Shown: positions 9,843 to 18,993, counted from the first letter of the stretch. The stretch is DNA of 64,000 nucleotides from Candidatus Latescibacterota bacterium (GCA_965221775.1 CBDCSU010000006.1:1024001-1088000), one strand, 5' to 3'. A program made the numbers and translations. The notes: generated from the letters alone by a model not told the origin.

Positions 9843-10287
9843 GGGCGACTCCCATTCCGGAGACCGTGCCGCCGGCCACGTAGGTCCCGTCGGCCAGCTT
9901 CAGCTCGACCTTCGATTTCAGCTTCCTCCTTCTCCAGAACATCTTCTCGGCGGAGACGCGCACCGTCTCCCCCGGCCCCACGACGCGCTCGAACTCGACC
10001 TCGGCATCGGTGAAGAGGGTGACCGTCTTCGCCACCTCCCGCGCCGGAAGCTCCATGCCCAGCAGGTGGATGCCGAGGGCCACCAGACCCGTCTGGCACA
10101 TCGTCTCGATGAGGATCACCCCCGGGGTCACGGGATGCCCCGGGAAGTGGCCGGCGTAGAACGTCTCGTCGTCGCGGAAGGTGTACTCGCCCACGGCGCT
10201 GGTCTCGCCCAGGTCCACCAGGCGGTCGATGAAGCGGAAGGGCCGCTGCTGCGGGATGAGGTCCAGGACCTGCTCCGGCGTCAGCAT
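9829..10287 (-). CDS. fabZ: FabZ-like 3-hydroxyacyl-ACP dehydratase
   Basis: LIPQQRPFRFID and GHFPGHPVTPGVILIE (His/Glu dyad). ATG overlaps the fabA stop. Confidence 0.85.
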   Translation of the reverse strand: MLTPEQVLDLIPQQRPFRFIDRLVDLGETSAVGEYTFRDDETFYAGHFPGHPVTPGVILIETMCQTGLVALGIHLLGMELPAREVAKTVTLFTDAEVEFERVVGPGETVRVSAEKMFWRRRKLKSKVELKLADGTYVAGGTVSGMGVAREQF

Positions 10288-10877
10288 CAGGCGCGGTCCA
10301 TGATGCCACCGACGCTGTGCTCCGAGCGCAGCGGGTAGTCGGGGTAGGCGATGCCGAGGAACATGCCGACCTTGGCGTCCCTGACGGTGTAGATGTGCTC
10401 GCCGTCGACCAGGACCTTCGCCGTGCCGATGGCCACGGCGGAGCCGGACTCCTTGAGCTGGGAGAACCGCCGGATGTCGACCTCGTAGCGCACGGTGCGG
10501 TTGTAGGGGCGGATCTGGCCGGCGAACTCCACCTCCTTGCAGCCCAGGGCCCGCCCCGAGCCCGGGGCCCCGCAGGCGGCGATGTAGAGCCCCACGAGCT
10601 GCCAGACGCCGTCGACGCCGAGACAGCCGGGCTGCACCGGGTCGGAGCGGAAGTGGCAATGGAAGAACCAGTCGTGGGGGGCGATGTCCTGCTCGCCGAC
10701 GATGCGGCCCCGCGGCCCCCGGCGCTCGAGCTCGGTGACCCGCGTGATCATGAGCATGGGCGGGGCCGGCAGGCGGATGAACTCCTCCGGCGCGTCGGCG
10801 ACGAGGTTGCCCTGGGACAGGGCCAACAGCTCCCCGGAGTCGTAGTGGCCGCGCTCGACGAACTCCGCGTAGGTCAC
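10287..10877 (-). CDS. fabA: FabA-type dehydratase/isomerase
   Basis: RLPAPPMLM, WFFHCHFRSDPVQPGCLGVD (His/Asp dyad), GRALG and GQIRP motifs. GTG start overlaps the fabH stop. Confidence 0.88.
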   Translation of the reverse strand: MTYAEFVERGHYDSGELLALSQGNLVADAPEEFIRLPAPPMLMITRVTELERRGPRGRIVGEQDIAPHDWFFHCHFRSDPVQPGCLGVDGVWQLVGLYIAACGAPGSGRALGCKEVEFAGQIRPYNRTVRYEVDIRRFSQLKESGSAVAIGTAKVLVDGEHIYTVRDAKVGMFLGIAYPDYPLRSEHSVGGIMDRA

Positions 10878-11878
10878 GGCCCTTCCCCCGCGTCGATGCG
10901 CATCGCCGACCAGGTGAGCCCCGCCCCGACGACGACCAGGATGAGGGAGTCGCCCTCTTCCATGTCGTCCCAGCACTGGGAGAGGACCCCGGGCGCCCCG
11001 GCGGCCCCGGTGTTGCCGAAGCGGTCGACGTTGTACCAGTGGGCATCCTCTTCGAGGCCGAGGCGCCGGGCCACGGCCTCCAGCATCAGCAGGTTGGCCT
11101 GGTGACCGATGAAGCGCACCCGGCCGCCGGTGGCGGCGGTGCGTTCGCGCGCCCCCGGCAGCAGGTCCTCGGCCGAGGAGGCCGTCGTCTTGATGGCGAA
11201 GCGCTGCACCGCGTTGCCGTCCTGCCAGAAGTGGCCGAAGCGCGGGATTCGGACCGCCTCCCAGCGAGCCGAGTCGGCCGCCAGGGTCGTCTCCACCACC
11301 CGCAGAGGGCCCGGTTCCCGCGAGGAGAGGACGGCGGCGCTCGTGCCGTCGCCCCACAGCACCGCCGTGCGGCGGTCGCCGTAGTCGATGGCGCGGGTCG
11401 TGTTCTCCGGGTTGACGACGAGCACGAAGGGAGGAAGGCCGGACATGGAGGACAGGAAGTGCAACTGGGCGCCGAAGGTGGAACAGGCCGAGTTGAGGTC
11501 GATCCCCGGGGCGTCGATCTCGAGGGCCGCGGCGATCCGGCTGGCCTCGGCCGGGATGGCGGTGTCGGGATAGCACCCGCCGGCGATCACCAGTCCGATC
11601 TGCTCGCGGCCGACGCCGGCGCGGTCGAGGGCCAGCCCGGAGGCGCGCACCGACGTCTCGGCATTGTCGTAGACCGCCGCCTCCCGCGCCTGGCGCGGAT
11701 CCCCGTTGCGCGTCTCCCGGATGTAGTCCAGGGGCAGCACCGTGCGGCGCTCGCGGATCCCCACCCGCTCCAGGATCCAGCCGTCGTCAGTGCCGATGTC
11801 CAAGTCCTCGAGAAACGCGTTGTCGATGACGTTCTCGGGATGGAAGTGCCCCATGCCGTGGATGAACAGATCCGCCAT
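10874..11878 (-). CDS. fabH: Ketoacyl-ACP synthase III (FabH family)
   Basis: Cys-His-Asn triad (NSACSTF, GHQAN, FGNTGAA) and WGDG. Confidence 0.88.
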   Translation of the reverse strand: MADLFIHGMGHFHPENVIDNAFLEDLDIGTDDGWILERVGIRERRTVLPLDYIRETRNGDPRQAREAAVYDNAETSVRASGLALDRAGVGREQIGLVIAGGCYPDTAIPAEASRIAAALEIDAPGIDLNSACSTFGAQLHFLSSMSGLPPFVLVVNPENTTRAIDYGDRRTAVLWGDGTSAAVLSSREPGPLRVVETTLAADSARWEAVRIPRFGHFWQDGNAVQRFAIKTTASSAEDLLPGARERTAATGGRVRFIGHQANLLMLEAVARRLGLEEDAHWYNVDRFGNTGAAGAPGVLSQCWDDMEEGDSLILVVVGAGLTWSAMRIDAGEGP

Positions 11879-11929
11879 CTGGCCTCAGCCGCGAACCTCC
11901 GCCCGATCAGGGTAAGGCAGACCCGGGCT

Positions 11930-11971
11930 AAACAGGCGTAACAATCTGTTCTCCAACAGGTTGGGTGTCAA
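11930..11971 (-). promoter_or_regulatory. Candidate promoter/operator of the lipid cluster
   Basis: TTGACA-N17-CAGATT on the minus strand, overlapped by inverted repeats CCAAC-AG-GTTGG and AACAG-N10-CTGTT. Confidence 0.45.
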
Positions 11972-12076
11972 AGGAGGACTCTCCCGCCGGGGGCGGGCCG
12001 GGCCCGCCGTCGATTGCACAGACACCGGTTCCGCCCCGGCCCGTCGCCGGGTCGGGTGGGAGGGCAGCCCACGAGG

Positions 12077-12253
12077 TCAGGCCCCGGGGTCCGCCCGCGT
12101 GGGTGTCACCTCCGGCACGGGGCCGGTGTCGGTGGGGTCTCCCGGAGGGGGTTCGGACTCCACGCCCGGAGAACTGGTCGTGAAGACCCCCCTGCCGCAG
12201 GAGGCCAGCAGGACGAGCAGGAGCAGGAGCGCGAGAGAGCGGCGGAGCGCCAT
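12077..12253 (-). CDS. Small 58-aa predicted lipoprotein (not in the ORF track)
   Basis: Manual translation MALRRSLALLLLLVLLASCGRGVFTTSSPGVESEPPPGDPTDTGPVPEVTPTRADPGA. Basic N-terminus, h-region, lipobox LASC, and an upstream GGAG. Confidence 0.6.
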   Translation of the reverse strand: MALRRSLALLLLLVLLASCGRGVFTTSSPGVESEPPPGDPTDTGPVPEVTPTRADPGA

Positions 12254-12309
12254 GGGGACAGCTCCCGTCTACGGGGCCAGGAGATCACGGCCAGCCGGGG
12301 CCGCAGCGG

Positions 12310-12345
12310 AACGGCCCCGCCCGAGGGTTGCCGGCGGGGCCGTTT
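12310..12345 (-). terminator. Hairpin downstream of the tRNA pair (probable terminator)
   Basis: AACGGCCCCGCC...GGCGGGGCCGTT inverted repeat just 3' of tRNA-Val. Weak U tail. Confidence 0.55.
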
Positions 12346-12354
12346 GCACACACA

Positions 12355-12431
12355 TGGTGGGCGATGCTGGATTTGAACCAGCGACCTCCGGTATGTGAGA
12401 CCGGCGCTCTAACCAACTGAGCTAATCGCCC
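12355..12431 (-). tRNA. tRNA-Val(CAC)
   Basis: GGGCGATTAGCTCAGTTGGTTAGAGCGCCGGTCT-CAC-ATACCGGAGGTCGCTGGTTCAAATCCAGCATCGCCCACCA. Cloverleaf with encoded CCA. Confidence 0.96.
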
Positions 12432-12444
12432 GGCGGTGAAGGCC

Positions 12445-12521
12445 TGGTGGGCCCACCAGGGTTCGAACCTGGGACCAACGGATTATGAGTCCGCCGCTCT
12501 GACCAGCTGAGCTATGGGCCC
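12445..12521 (-). tRNA. tRNA with CAT anticodon, most likely tRNA-Ile2 (lysidine-modified)
   Basis: GGGCCCATAGCTCAG...GCGGACT-CAT-AATCCGT...GGGCCCACCA. G1-C72 pair (not initiator), C4/C5 acceptor-stem positions as in TilS substrates, and located downstream of dnaG. Confidence 0.9.
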
Positions 12522-12568
12522 GGGGGGTACGACCGGCCGGACAAAGTTGCCGACGCCGCCCGGCAGGG

Positions 12569-14398
12569 TCAAGACTGAGCGGCCGATCCCTGGCCCTCCA
12601 GCCGCGTCCGTTCCACCACGAGCCGGCGATGGGCGGCCTGCAGCCGCTCCACCTCGGCTGAGTCGCCGGCCTCCGAAGCCCGCCGCAGCTGCCGGGTGGC
12701 GTTCTCGATGCGCCGCGTGAGGTCCGCGCGCCTCAGCCGATGCAGGTGGTCGCGCCACAGCTCCTCCACGTGTCCGGGGTCGAAGCTCTCCATGGCGCAG
12801 GTGGAGACCAGGCGCCGGAGGTCCTCGTCCACGTGGTTCAGCAAGGCCGTTAGGTCGACGTGGCCGTCCTCCGGCGGATGGCCGGTGAGATAGTCCACCA
12901 GGCGGCGGACGTCGGCATCGGCGAAGAGCTCGGAGGCGAGGTGCTCGCGGCTCCGCCCGACCAGCTCCGGGTGCTGCAGCAGCAGGCCGACGAACTGGCG
13001 CTCAAGCTCGCTCCCGGTGGCCGGCTTCGGGGCGCCCCCCGCGGTGCGCGGCCGGGGAGCCTGGGCCTCCGGCTCCTCGGGGAGGGCCCGCCGGGGACGG
13101 GACAGGGCCGCGCCCACGTCCCGCCGCAGCGCCTGCTCGTCGACCTCGAAGCGCTGCGCCACGCGGCGCAGCATGAGGTCGCGGCGGACCTCCTCGCGGC
13201 ACTGCGAGAACAGGGGTACCAGCCGGTCCACGGCGCGGGCCCGGCCGGCGACGGAGGTCAGGTCGACGGCCGCCGCCATGCGGTCGAGGTAGACGTCGAG
13301 GGCGGGAGGAGCCGACTCGACCAGCTCCTCCAGCGCCTCGGCGCCGCCCTCCCGGCGGACGAAGCTGTCGGGATCCTGACCCGGGGGAAGGGTGGCGATG
13401 CGGGTGTCGAGCTCCGTCCCGAGGAGCACCTCCACACCGCGCTCGGCCGCCGTGCCCCCGGCGGCGTCGCCGTCGAAGAGCAGGACGACGCGCTCGGCGT
13501 AGCGCCCCAGCAGCCTCGCGTGGGCCGGCGTCAGGGAAGTCCCGGAGGAGGCGACGACGTGGGTGGCGCCGTGCTGCACCAGGCCGATGACGTCCATGTA
13601 GCCCTCGACCACCAGCGCCGTCCGTCGGCGGCGGATCGACTCCCGCGCCCCGGCCATCCCGTAGAGCACACCGCTCTTGTGATAGATCGGGGTCTCCGGA
13701 GAGTTGAGATACTTCGGCTCGTCGTCGTCGCGCAGGGCCCGCGCGCCGAAGCCGATGGTGCGGCCCGACAGGTTGGTGATGGGGAATACGACGCGGTCCC
13801 GGAAGCGGTCGTAGTGGCCGCGGCCGGAGCGGCCCGGAAGGGCGAGGCCGGCCTGCTCCAGTTCCTCGGCGCGGAAGCCTCTCCTGGGCTTCGTCGCCAT
13901 GTCGAGGAAGCTGGTCCATCCCCCCGGGGCGTAGCCGAGGCGGAAGGTCTCGGCGGTCTCGTCGGTGACCCCGCGGCGGTGCAGGTAGCGCAGCGCCGCC
14001 GCGCCCTCGGGACGGCGCAGCATGTACTGGAAGTACTTCGCCGCAAGCTCGTTGGCGCGGAAGAGCCGGTCGTTGCGCTCGTCGTCGGCCGCGGCGCCCC
14101 CGGACCGGGGCAGCGGAATCCCGGCGCGCCCGGCGAGGAAGGTGACGGCCTCGAGGAAGGAGACCTTGTCGATCTCCTGGAGGAACTTGTAGACGTCGCC
14201 GCCGACGCCGCAGCCGAAGCAGTGATAGATCTGCAGCTCGGGATTGACGTTGAAGGAGGGCGTGTTCTCGTTGTGAAACGGGCACAGCCCGAGCCAGTTG
14301 CGGCCCTGTTGACGGAGCTGGACGTGCTCCGAGGCGACCTCGACGATGTCGGTGGCCGCCTTGATGCGCTCGATGGTATCCCGGGGGATTTCGGGCAT
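12569..14398 (-). CDS. dnaG: DNA primase
   Basis: CPFH..CFGC zinc finger, PKYLNSPET, VEGYMD and FDGDAAG (TOPRIM). Confidence 0.97.
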   Translation of the reverse strand: MPEIPRDTIERIKAATDIVEVASEHVQLRQQGRNWLGLCPFHNENTPSFNVNPELQIYHCFGCGVGGDVYKFLQEIDKVSFLEAVTFLAGRAGIPLPRSGGAAADDERNDRLFRANELAAKYFQYMLRRPEGAAALRYLHRRGVTDETAETFRLGYAPGGWTSFLDMATKPRRGFRAEELEQAGLALPGRSGRGHYDRFRDRVVFPITNLSGRTIGFGARALRDDDEPKYLNSPETPIYHKSGVLYGMAGARESIRRRRTALVVEGYMDVIGLVQHGATHVVASSGTSLTPAHARLLGRYAERVVLLFDGDAAGGTAAERGVEVLLGTELDTRIATLPPGQDPDSFVRREGGAEALEELVESAPPALDVYLDRMAAAVDLTSVAGRARAVDRLVPLFSQCREEVRRDLMLRRVAQRFEVDEQALRRDVGAALSRPRRALPEEPEAQAPRPRTAGGAPKPATGSELERQFVGLLLQHPELVGRSREHLASELFADADVRRLVDYLTGHPPEDGHVDLTALLNHVDEDLRRLVSTCAMESFDPGHVEELWRDHLHRLRRADLTRRIENATRQLRRASEAGDSAEVERLQAAHRRLVVERTRLEGQGSAAQS

Positions 14399-14506
14399 GG
14401 GCAGGGGCGGAGAGAGGACCGGGCGTGCACAAGCTATCCGTCCCCCCGAACCGGGTCAAAGCCCGCGGGTGGGATCGGGCGGCGCGGCGTGTCCGGGTGT
14501 TTGCGC

Positions 14507-14535
14507 TTGACAACTCCGGACGGCTTGGATAACTT
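14507..14535 (+). promoter_or_regulatory. Candidate sigma70 promoter of rho
   Basis: TTGACA-N17-TAACTT about 270 nt upstream of the rho start. Confidence 0.6.
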
Positions 14536-14809
14536 GAGCCGCGTTGTTGAAAGCGGTTTTCCTCCCAACGTCCGGGGCTCCATTTCCGGATCCCCCTGAT
14601 CTCGACTCGAATATCCCAGCGCAGCCAGCCGGCTGACCAGTGTCCGCAGTTCGTATCGGCGGACCTGCGGCGCGGCGGTATCCGGTCTTCCGAGATCTGA
14701 ACTTACGCGGCCGGCAGTTCCCCGCCGGTCCCCCCGGGGCGGCTTCGCCGCCTCATTCCAAACCCCTCCGCACCAAACCAGCCCACCCTTCGGAAAGGTA
14801 ACGAGCCGC

Positions 14810-16255
14810 ATGCCCCCGCAGCGCCCGAACAGCGAACGTACCGAGCGCGGCAACAGCCGCTCCCGCTACCGCGGCAACCGCGACCGGCCCCCGGTCGTGC
14901 GTCAAGCGCCAACCCAGGACGGCGACGGTCTCCCCGAGCGCCCCGAGCGCTCTGAACGCCCCGAACGGCCGGAGAACGCCTCCGAGTCCAGGTCCCGGGT
15001 CGAGCGCCTGAACATCATCGAGCTGCAGGCGATGAACATCCTCGACCAGCAGGCGCTGGCCAAGGACCTCGGCGTGCTGGACTACCACTCGCTGCGCAAG
15101 CAGGAGCTGATCTTCTCGATCCTGAAGGCGCAGACCGAGCGCAGCGGCCTGCTCTTCGCCCAAGGCGTCCTCGAAGTCCTCGAGGAGGGCTTCGGGTTCC
15201 TGCGGTCCCCGACCTACAACTACCTGCCGGGACCCGACGACATCTACGTCTCCCACTCCCAGATCAAGCGCTTCAGCCTGCGTTCGGGAGACACGATCTC
15301 CGGACAGGTGCGGCCGCCCAAGAACGACGAGAAGTACTTCGCCCTGCTGCGCGTGGAGGCGATCAACTTCGAGGATCCCGAGGTCACGAAGAACAAGACG
15401 ATCTTCGAGAACCTCACGGCCCTGCATCCCCGGGAGCGGCTCCAGCTCGAGCACAATCCCAAGAACATGACCACGCGCATCCTCGACCTGCTCTCGCCCA
15501 TCGGCAAGGGGCAGCGAGGACTGATCGTGGCCCCGCCGTACACCGGCAAGACGATGCTGCTGCAGAACCTGGCCAACGCCATCACCACCAACCACCCCGA
15601 GTGCGTCCTCATCGTGCTGCTCATCGACGAGCGCCCCGAGGAGGTGACGGAGATGTCGCGCTCGGTCAAGGGCGAGGTGGTGAGCTCCACCTTCGACGAG
15701 CCGGCTACGCGGCACGTGCAGGTGGCGGAGATGGTCATCGAGAAGGCCAAACGTCTCACCGAGCACCGCCGCGACGTGGTGATCCTCCTCGACAGCATCA
15801 CCCGCCTGGCGCGGGCCTACAACGTGGTCACGCCCCATTCGGGACGCATCCTCACCGGCGGCGTCGACTCCACGGCCCTGCAGCACCCGCGCCGGTTCTT
15901 CGCGGCGGCGCGCAACGTCGAGGAAGGCGGCTCCCTGACCATCATCGGCACCGCCCTCGTCGACACGGGCAGCCGCATGGACGAGGTGATCTTCGAGGAG
16001 TTCAAGGGCACCGGCAACATGCAGGTCACCCTCGACCGGCGCCTGAGCAACCGCCGCACCTGGCCGGCCATGGACGTGACCGCCACGGCGACGCGCAAGG
16101 AGGAACTGCTGCTCTCGGAGTTCGAGCTCACCCGCTCCCACATCCTCCGCCGGATCCTCAACCAGATGGGGGTCGTGGAGGGCATGGAGTTCCTCCTCGA
16201 GCGCATGGACGGCACGACGTCGAACGAGGAGTTCCTCAAGGCGATGAACGACTGA
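14810..16255 (+). CDS. rho: Transcription termination factor Rho
   Basis: [29 protein letters not shown] and [10 protein letters not shown] motifs. Charged N-terminal extension with PER repeats. Confidence 0.98.
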   Translation: MPPQRPNSERTERGNSRSRYRGNRDRPPVVRQAPTQDGDGLPERPERSERPERPENASESRSRVERLNIIELQAMNILDQQALAKDLGVLDYHSLRKQELIFSILKAQTERSGLLFAQGVLEVLEEGFGFLRSPTYNYLPGPDDIYVSHSQIKRFSLRSGDTISGQVRPPKNDEKYFALLRVEAINFEDPEVTKNKTIFENLTALHPRERLQLEHNPKNMTTRILDLLSPIGKGQRGLIVAPPYTGKTMLLQNLANAITTNHPECVLIVLLIDERPEEVTEMSRSVKGEVVSSTFDEPATRHVQVAEMVIEKAKRLTEHRRDVVILLDSITRLARAYNVVTPHSGRILTGGVDSTALQHPRRFFAAARNVEEGGSLTIIGTALVDTGSRMDEVIFEEFKGTGNMQVTLDRRLSNRRTWPAMDVTATATRKEELLLSEFELTRSHILRRILNQMGVVEGMEFLLERMDGTTSNEEFLKAMND

Positions 16256-16315
16256 GCTTGCCGATACCGGGCCGTATCCTATTTTCCCGTCAGTGACTCG
16301 CAGCGAGCCGGAACG

Positions 16316-16633
16316 ATGAAACAAGACATCCATCCAGAGTACAAACCGGTCATCTTCTACGATGTCAGCGTCGACTTCAAGGTGCTGACGCGGTCGACGG
16401 CGACTTCCGACGAGAAGATGGCCTGGGACGACGGACAGGAGTACCCCGTCATCCGCTTCGACCTCAGCTCGGCGTCCCACGCCTTCTACACCGGCAAGGA
16501 GCAGCAGCTCTCCGAGAGGGGCGGCCGCATCGAGCAGTTCCGCCAGCGTTACGCGGGCTACAACGCCGGCAAGACGGACGAGGCGGAGGAGGCGCCGGCC
16601 GAGGAGCCGGCCGCCGAAGCGACCGACGGTTAG
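16316..16633 (+). CDS. rpmE: 50S ribosomal protein L31, type B (Zn-free)
   Basis: MKQDIHPEY, SSASHAFYTG and GRIEQF motifs, no CxxC, located between rho and prfA. Confidence 0.93.
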   Translation: MKQDIHPEYKPVIFYDVSVDFKVLTRSTATSDEKMAWDDGQEYPVIRFDLSSASHAFYTGKEQQLSERGGRIEQFRQRYAGYNAGKTDEAEEAPAEEPAAEATDG

Positions 16634-16650
16634 CCGCCCCGGCGGCGACG

Positions 16651-16707
16651 ACGGGTGATGGGCGGAGGCGCACGCGGCGCTTCGGCCCATCACCCGTTTT
16701 TTGTTTT
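16651..16707 (+). terminator. Intrinsic terminator after rpmE
   Basis: ACGGGTGATGGGC...GCCCATCACCCGT stem followed by TTTTTGTTTT. Confidence 0.85.
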
Positions 16708-16739
16708 CTCCGAAGGATGCCGCGGAGGAGGCGGCTGAC

Positions 16740-17816
16740 GTGCTCGAACGGCTGGAGGAGATCGAGGGGCGCTACGCCGAGCTCAACGAGCGGCTCTCCC
16801 GCCCGGAGGTGGCGCGCAACGCCGCCGAGTACCGGAAGCTGGCCCGGGAGGCGGGCGATCTCAAGGAGACCGTTGAGACCACGGCGCGCTACCGGGAGGT
16901 CCTGGCCCGCCGGGACGAGGCGCGGCAGATCCTCGCCGACGGCGGCGACGAGGAGCTCCTCGAGCTGGCGCGCGCCGAGCTGGAGACGCTCGACCCCGAA
17001 GCCGAAACCCTCACAGAGGCCCTCAAGCTGCTGCTGGTCCCCAGGGACCCCAACGACGCCCGCAACGCCATCGTCGAGATCCGCGCCGGGGCGGGCGGCG
17101 ACGAGGCCGGGCTCTTCGCCGCCGACCTCTACCGGATGTACGACCGCTACGCCGAGCGCCGCCGCTGGGCCATCGAACCCCTGTCGTCGAGCACCAACCC
17201 CGCCGGCGGATTCAAGGAGGCGGTCCTCCTGGTCTCGGGCGCCGGCGCCTTCGGGCGCCTCAAGTTCGAGAGCGGGGTGCACCGCGTGCAGCGGGTCCCC
17301 AAGACCGAGGCCAGCGGCCGGATCCACACCTCGGCCGCCTCGGTGGCGGTCCTGCCCGAGGCGGAGGACGTGGAGGTGGAGATCGATTCCGAGGACCTGG
17401 AGATCGACGTCTTCCGATCCGGCGGCCCCGGCGGTCAGAGCGTCAACACCACCGATTCGGCGGTCCGGGTCACCCACAAGCCCACGGGCCTGGTGGTCAG
17501 CTGCCAGGACGAGAAGTCCCAGTTGAAGAACAAGACCAAGGCCCTGAAGGTCCTTCGGGCGCGGCTTCTGGAGTTCCGGAAGGCGGAGCAGGAGGCGGAG
17601 CTGTCGCGGGAGCGCCGGCAGCAGATCGGCTCCGGGGACCGCAGCGACAAGATCCGCACCTACAACTTCCCCCAGGGCCGGGTCACCGACCACCGCGTCA
17701 AGCTCAGTCTCTACCAGCTCGAGGAGGTCCTCGACGGGGGCATCGATGCCTTCGTCGAGGAGCTGATCTCCGCCGAGCAGCAGCGCGTCCTGGCCGCCGG
17801 GCCCGCTCCGGGCTGA
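16740..17816 (+). CDS. prfA: Peptide chain release factor 1
   Basis: [10 protein letters not shown] (PxT) and GGQ motifs. GTG start after GGAGGAG, followed by prmC. Confidence 0.97.
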   Translation: MLERLEEIEGRYAELNERLSRPEVARNAAEYRKLAREAGDLKETVETTARYREVLARRDEARQILADGGDEELLELARAELETLDPEAETLTEALKLLLVPRDPNDARNAIVEIRAGAGGDEAGLFAADLYRMYDRYAERRRWAIEPLSSSTNPAGGFKEAVLLVSGAGAFGRLKFESGVHRVQRVPKTEASGRIHTSAASVAVLPEAEDVEVEIDSEDLEIDVFRSGGPGGQSVNTTDSAVRVTHKPTGLVVSCQDEKSQLKNKTKALKVLRARLLEFRKAEQEAELSRERRQQIGSGDRSDKIRTYNFPQGRVTDHRVKLSLYQLEEVLDGGIDAFVEELISAEQQRVLAAGPAPG

Positions 17817-18685
17817 TGGCCGGCGACGGACGCCGCTGGAAACCCCTCGACCTGCTGCGGGAGGCCAGCGGCTTTCTCGGCTCACGGGGTCTCGACAGCC
17901 CGCGTCTCGAGGCGGAGCTGCTGCTGGCAGCCGCCCTCGGCGTCCGCCGCCTCGACCTCTACCTGCAGTTCGACAGGATCCTGACCGCCGCCGAGGTCGA
18001 GGCCTTCCGCGGCTTCGTGCGCCAGCGCCTGGCGGGGCGGCCGTCCCAGTACATCACCGGCGAGGCCGGGTTCCGCCTCCTCGACCTGCACGTGGACGAC
18101 AGCGTCCTGGTGCCCCGCCCCGAGACCGAGCTGCTCGTGGAGGAGGCCCTGGCCTTTCTCGGCGACGCGCCTCCGGGACCCGTCCTCGACCTGGGCTGCG
18201 GCGCCGGCGCCATCGCCATCGCCGTGGCCCGCGAGCGCGAGGGCGTCCCGGTGGTGGCCAGCGATCTGTCCCATGAGGCGCTGGTCCTGGCGCGGCGCAA
18301 CGCCCGGCGCCACGGCCTCGAGGACCGCATCCGCTTCGTGTGCGGGGACCTGTGCGCCCCCCTGGGCTCGCGGCGCTACCGGGCCGTGCTCTGCAACCCT
18401 CCCTACATCCCCACCGCCGATCTGGAGACGCTCGAGCCCGAGGTCCGCGACCACGAGCCGCGCCTGGCCCTCGACGGCGGCCCCGACGGGCTCGACCTGA
18501 TCCGCAGGGTCGCCGGGACCGTCCTGCCTCACCTGGAGCCGGCGGGCCGGCTGTTCCTCGAGATCGGGGCCTGCCAGTCCGAGGAGGCTTCCCGCCTGGT
18601 CCGCGAGGCCGGCTTCGGCGAGCCCGAGGTGCGTCCCGACACGGCCGGCCTCCCCCGGCTGATCATCGCCGCGGCGCCTTCCTGA
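17816..18685 (+). CDS. prmC: Release factor glutamine methyltransferase
   Basis: PRPETE, LDLGCGAG, NPPY and ALDGGPDGL motifs. Translationally coupled to prfA. Confidence 0.95.
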   Translation: MAGDGRRWKPLDLLREASGFLGSRGLDSPRLEAELLLAAALGVRRLDLYLQFDRILTAAEVEAFRGFVRQRLAGRPSQYITGEAGFRLLDLHVDDSVLVPRPETELLVEEALAFLGDAPPGPVLDLGCGAGAIAIAVAREREGVPVVASDLSHEALVLARRNARRHGLEDRIRFVCGDLCAPLGSRRYRAVLCNPPYIPTADLETLEPEVRDHEPRLALDGGPDGLDLIRRVAGTVLPHLEPAGRLFLEIGACQSEEASRLVREAGFGEPEVRPDTAGLPRLIIAAAPS

Positions 18686-18888
18686 TCCCCGGCGGCGCCG
18701 CCCGCCGACGCACCGCCGGCGCGTGAGCCCCGGTTCACGCCGATGTCTCCCGCTCCACACGGACCCCTCCCGGCGAACCGGAGCCGCGCCGGATCACAAC
18801 CCTTTGATATTGCTGGTGTTGCGTGGGGAGCCGGCAGCTTCCCGGAGATGGCACGTTCCTTGATTCGGTCTTTCCGGCGTGAATTCCC

Positions 18889-18928
18889 TTGACAAGATGC
18901 ACAAATCTGCACTATTCTTTTGTGCATC
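18889..18928 (+). promoter_or_regulatory. recA promoter overlapped by a perfect 10-bp inverted repeat (candidate operator)
   Basis: TTGACA (18889) and TATTCT (18913), with GATGCACAAA-N13-TTTGTGCATC at 18896-18928. Confidence 0.65.
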
Positions 18929-18993
18929 GACGAGGTGCCAACTCCAGGCGGGCCGTCAGGCTCGCGGCCCCACCCTTCAAAAGGAGTCAAGCG

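Noticed and set aside
6693-10013. 1106-aa plus-strand ORF
   Set aside because: Antisense shadow of the fab genes. High GC suppresses stop codons and it has no recognisable motifs.
12445-12521. Calling the CAT tRNA tRNA-Met or fMet
   Set aside because: It has a paired 1-72 position, lacks the GGG/CCC anticodon stem of initiators, and has an Ile2-like acceptor stem and context. Elongator Met is not fully excluded.
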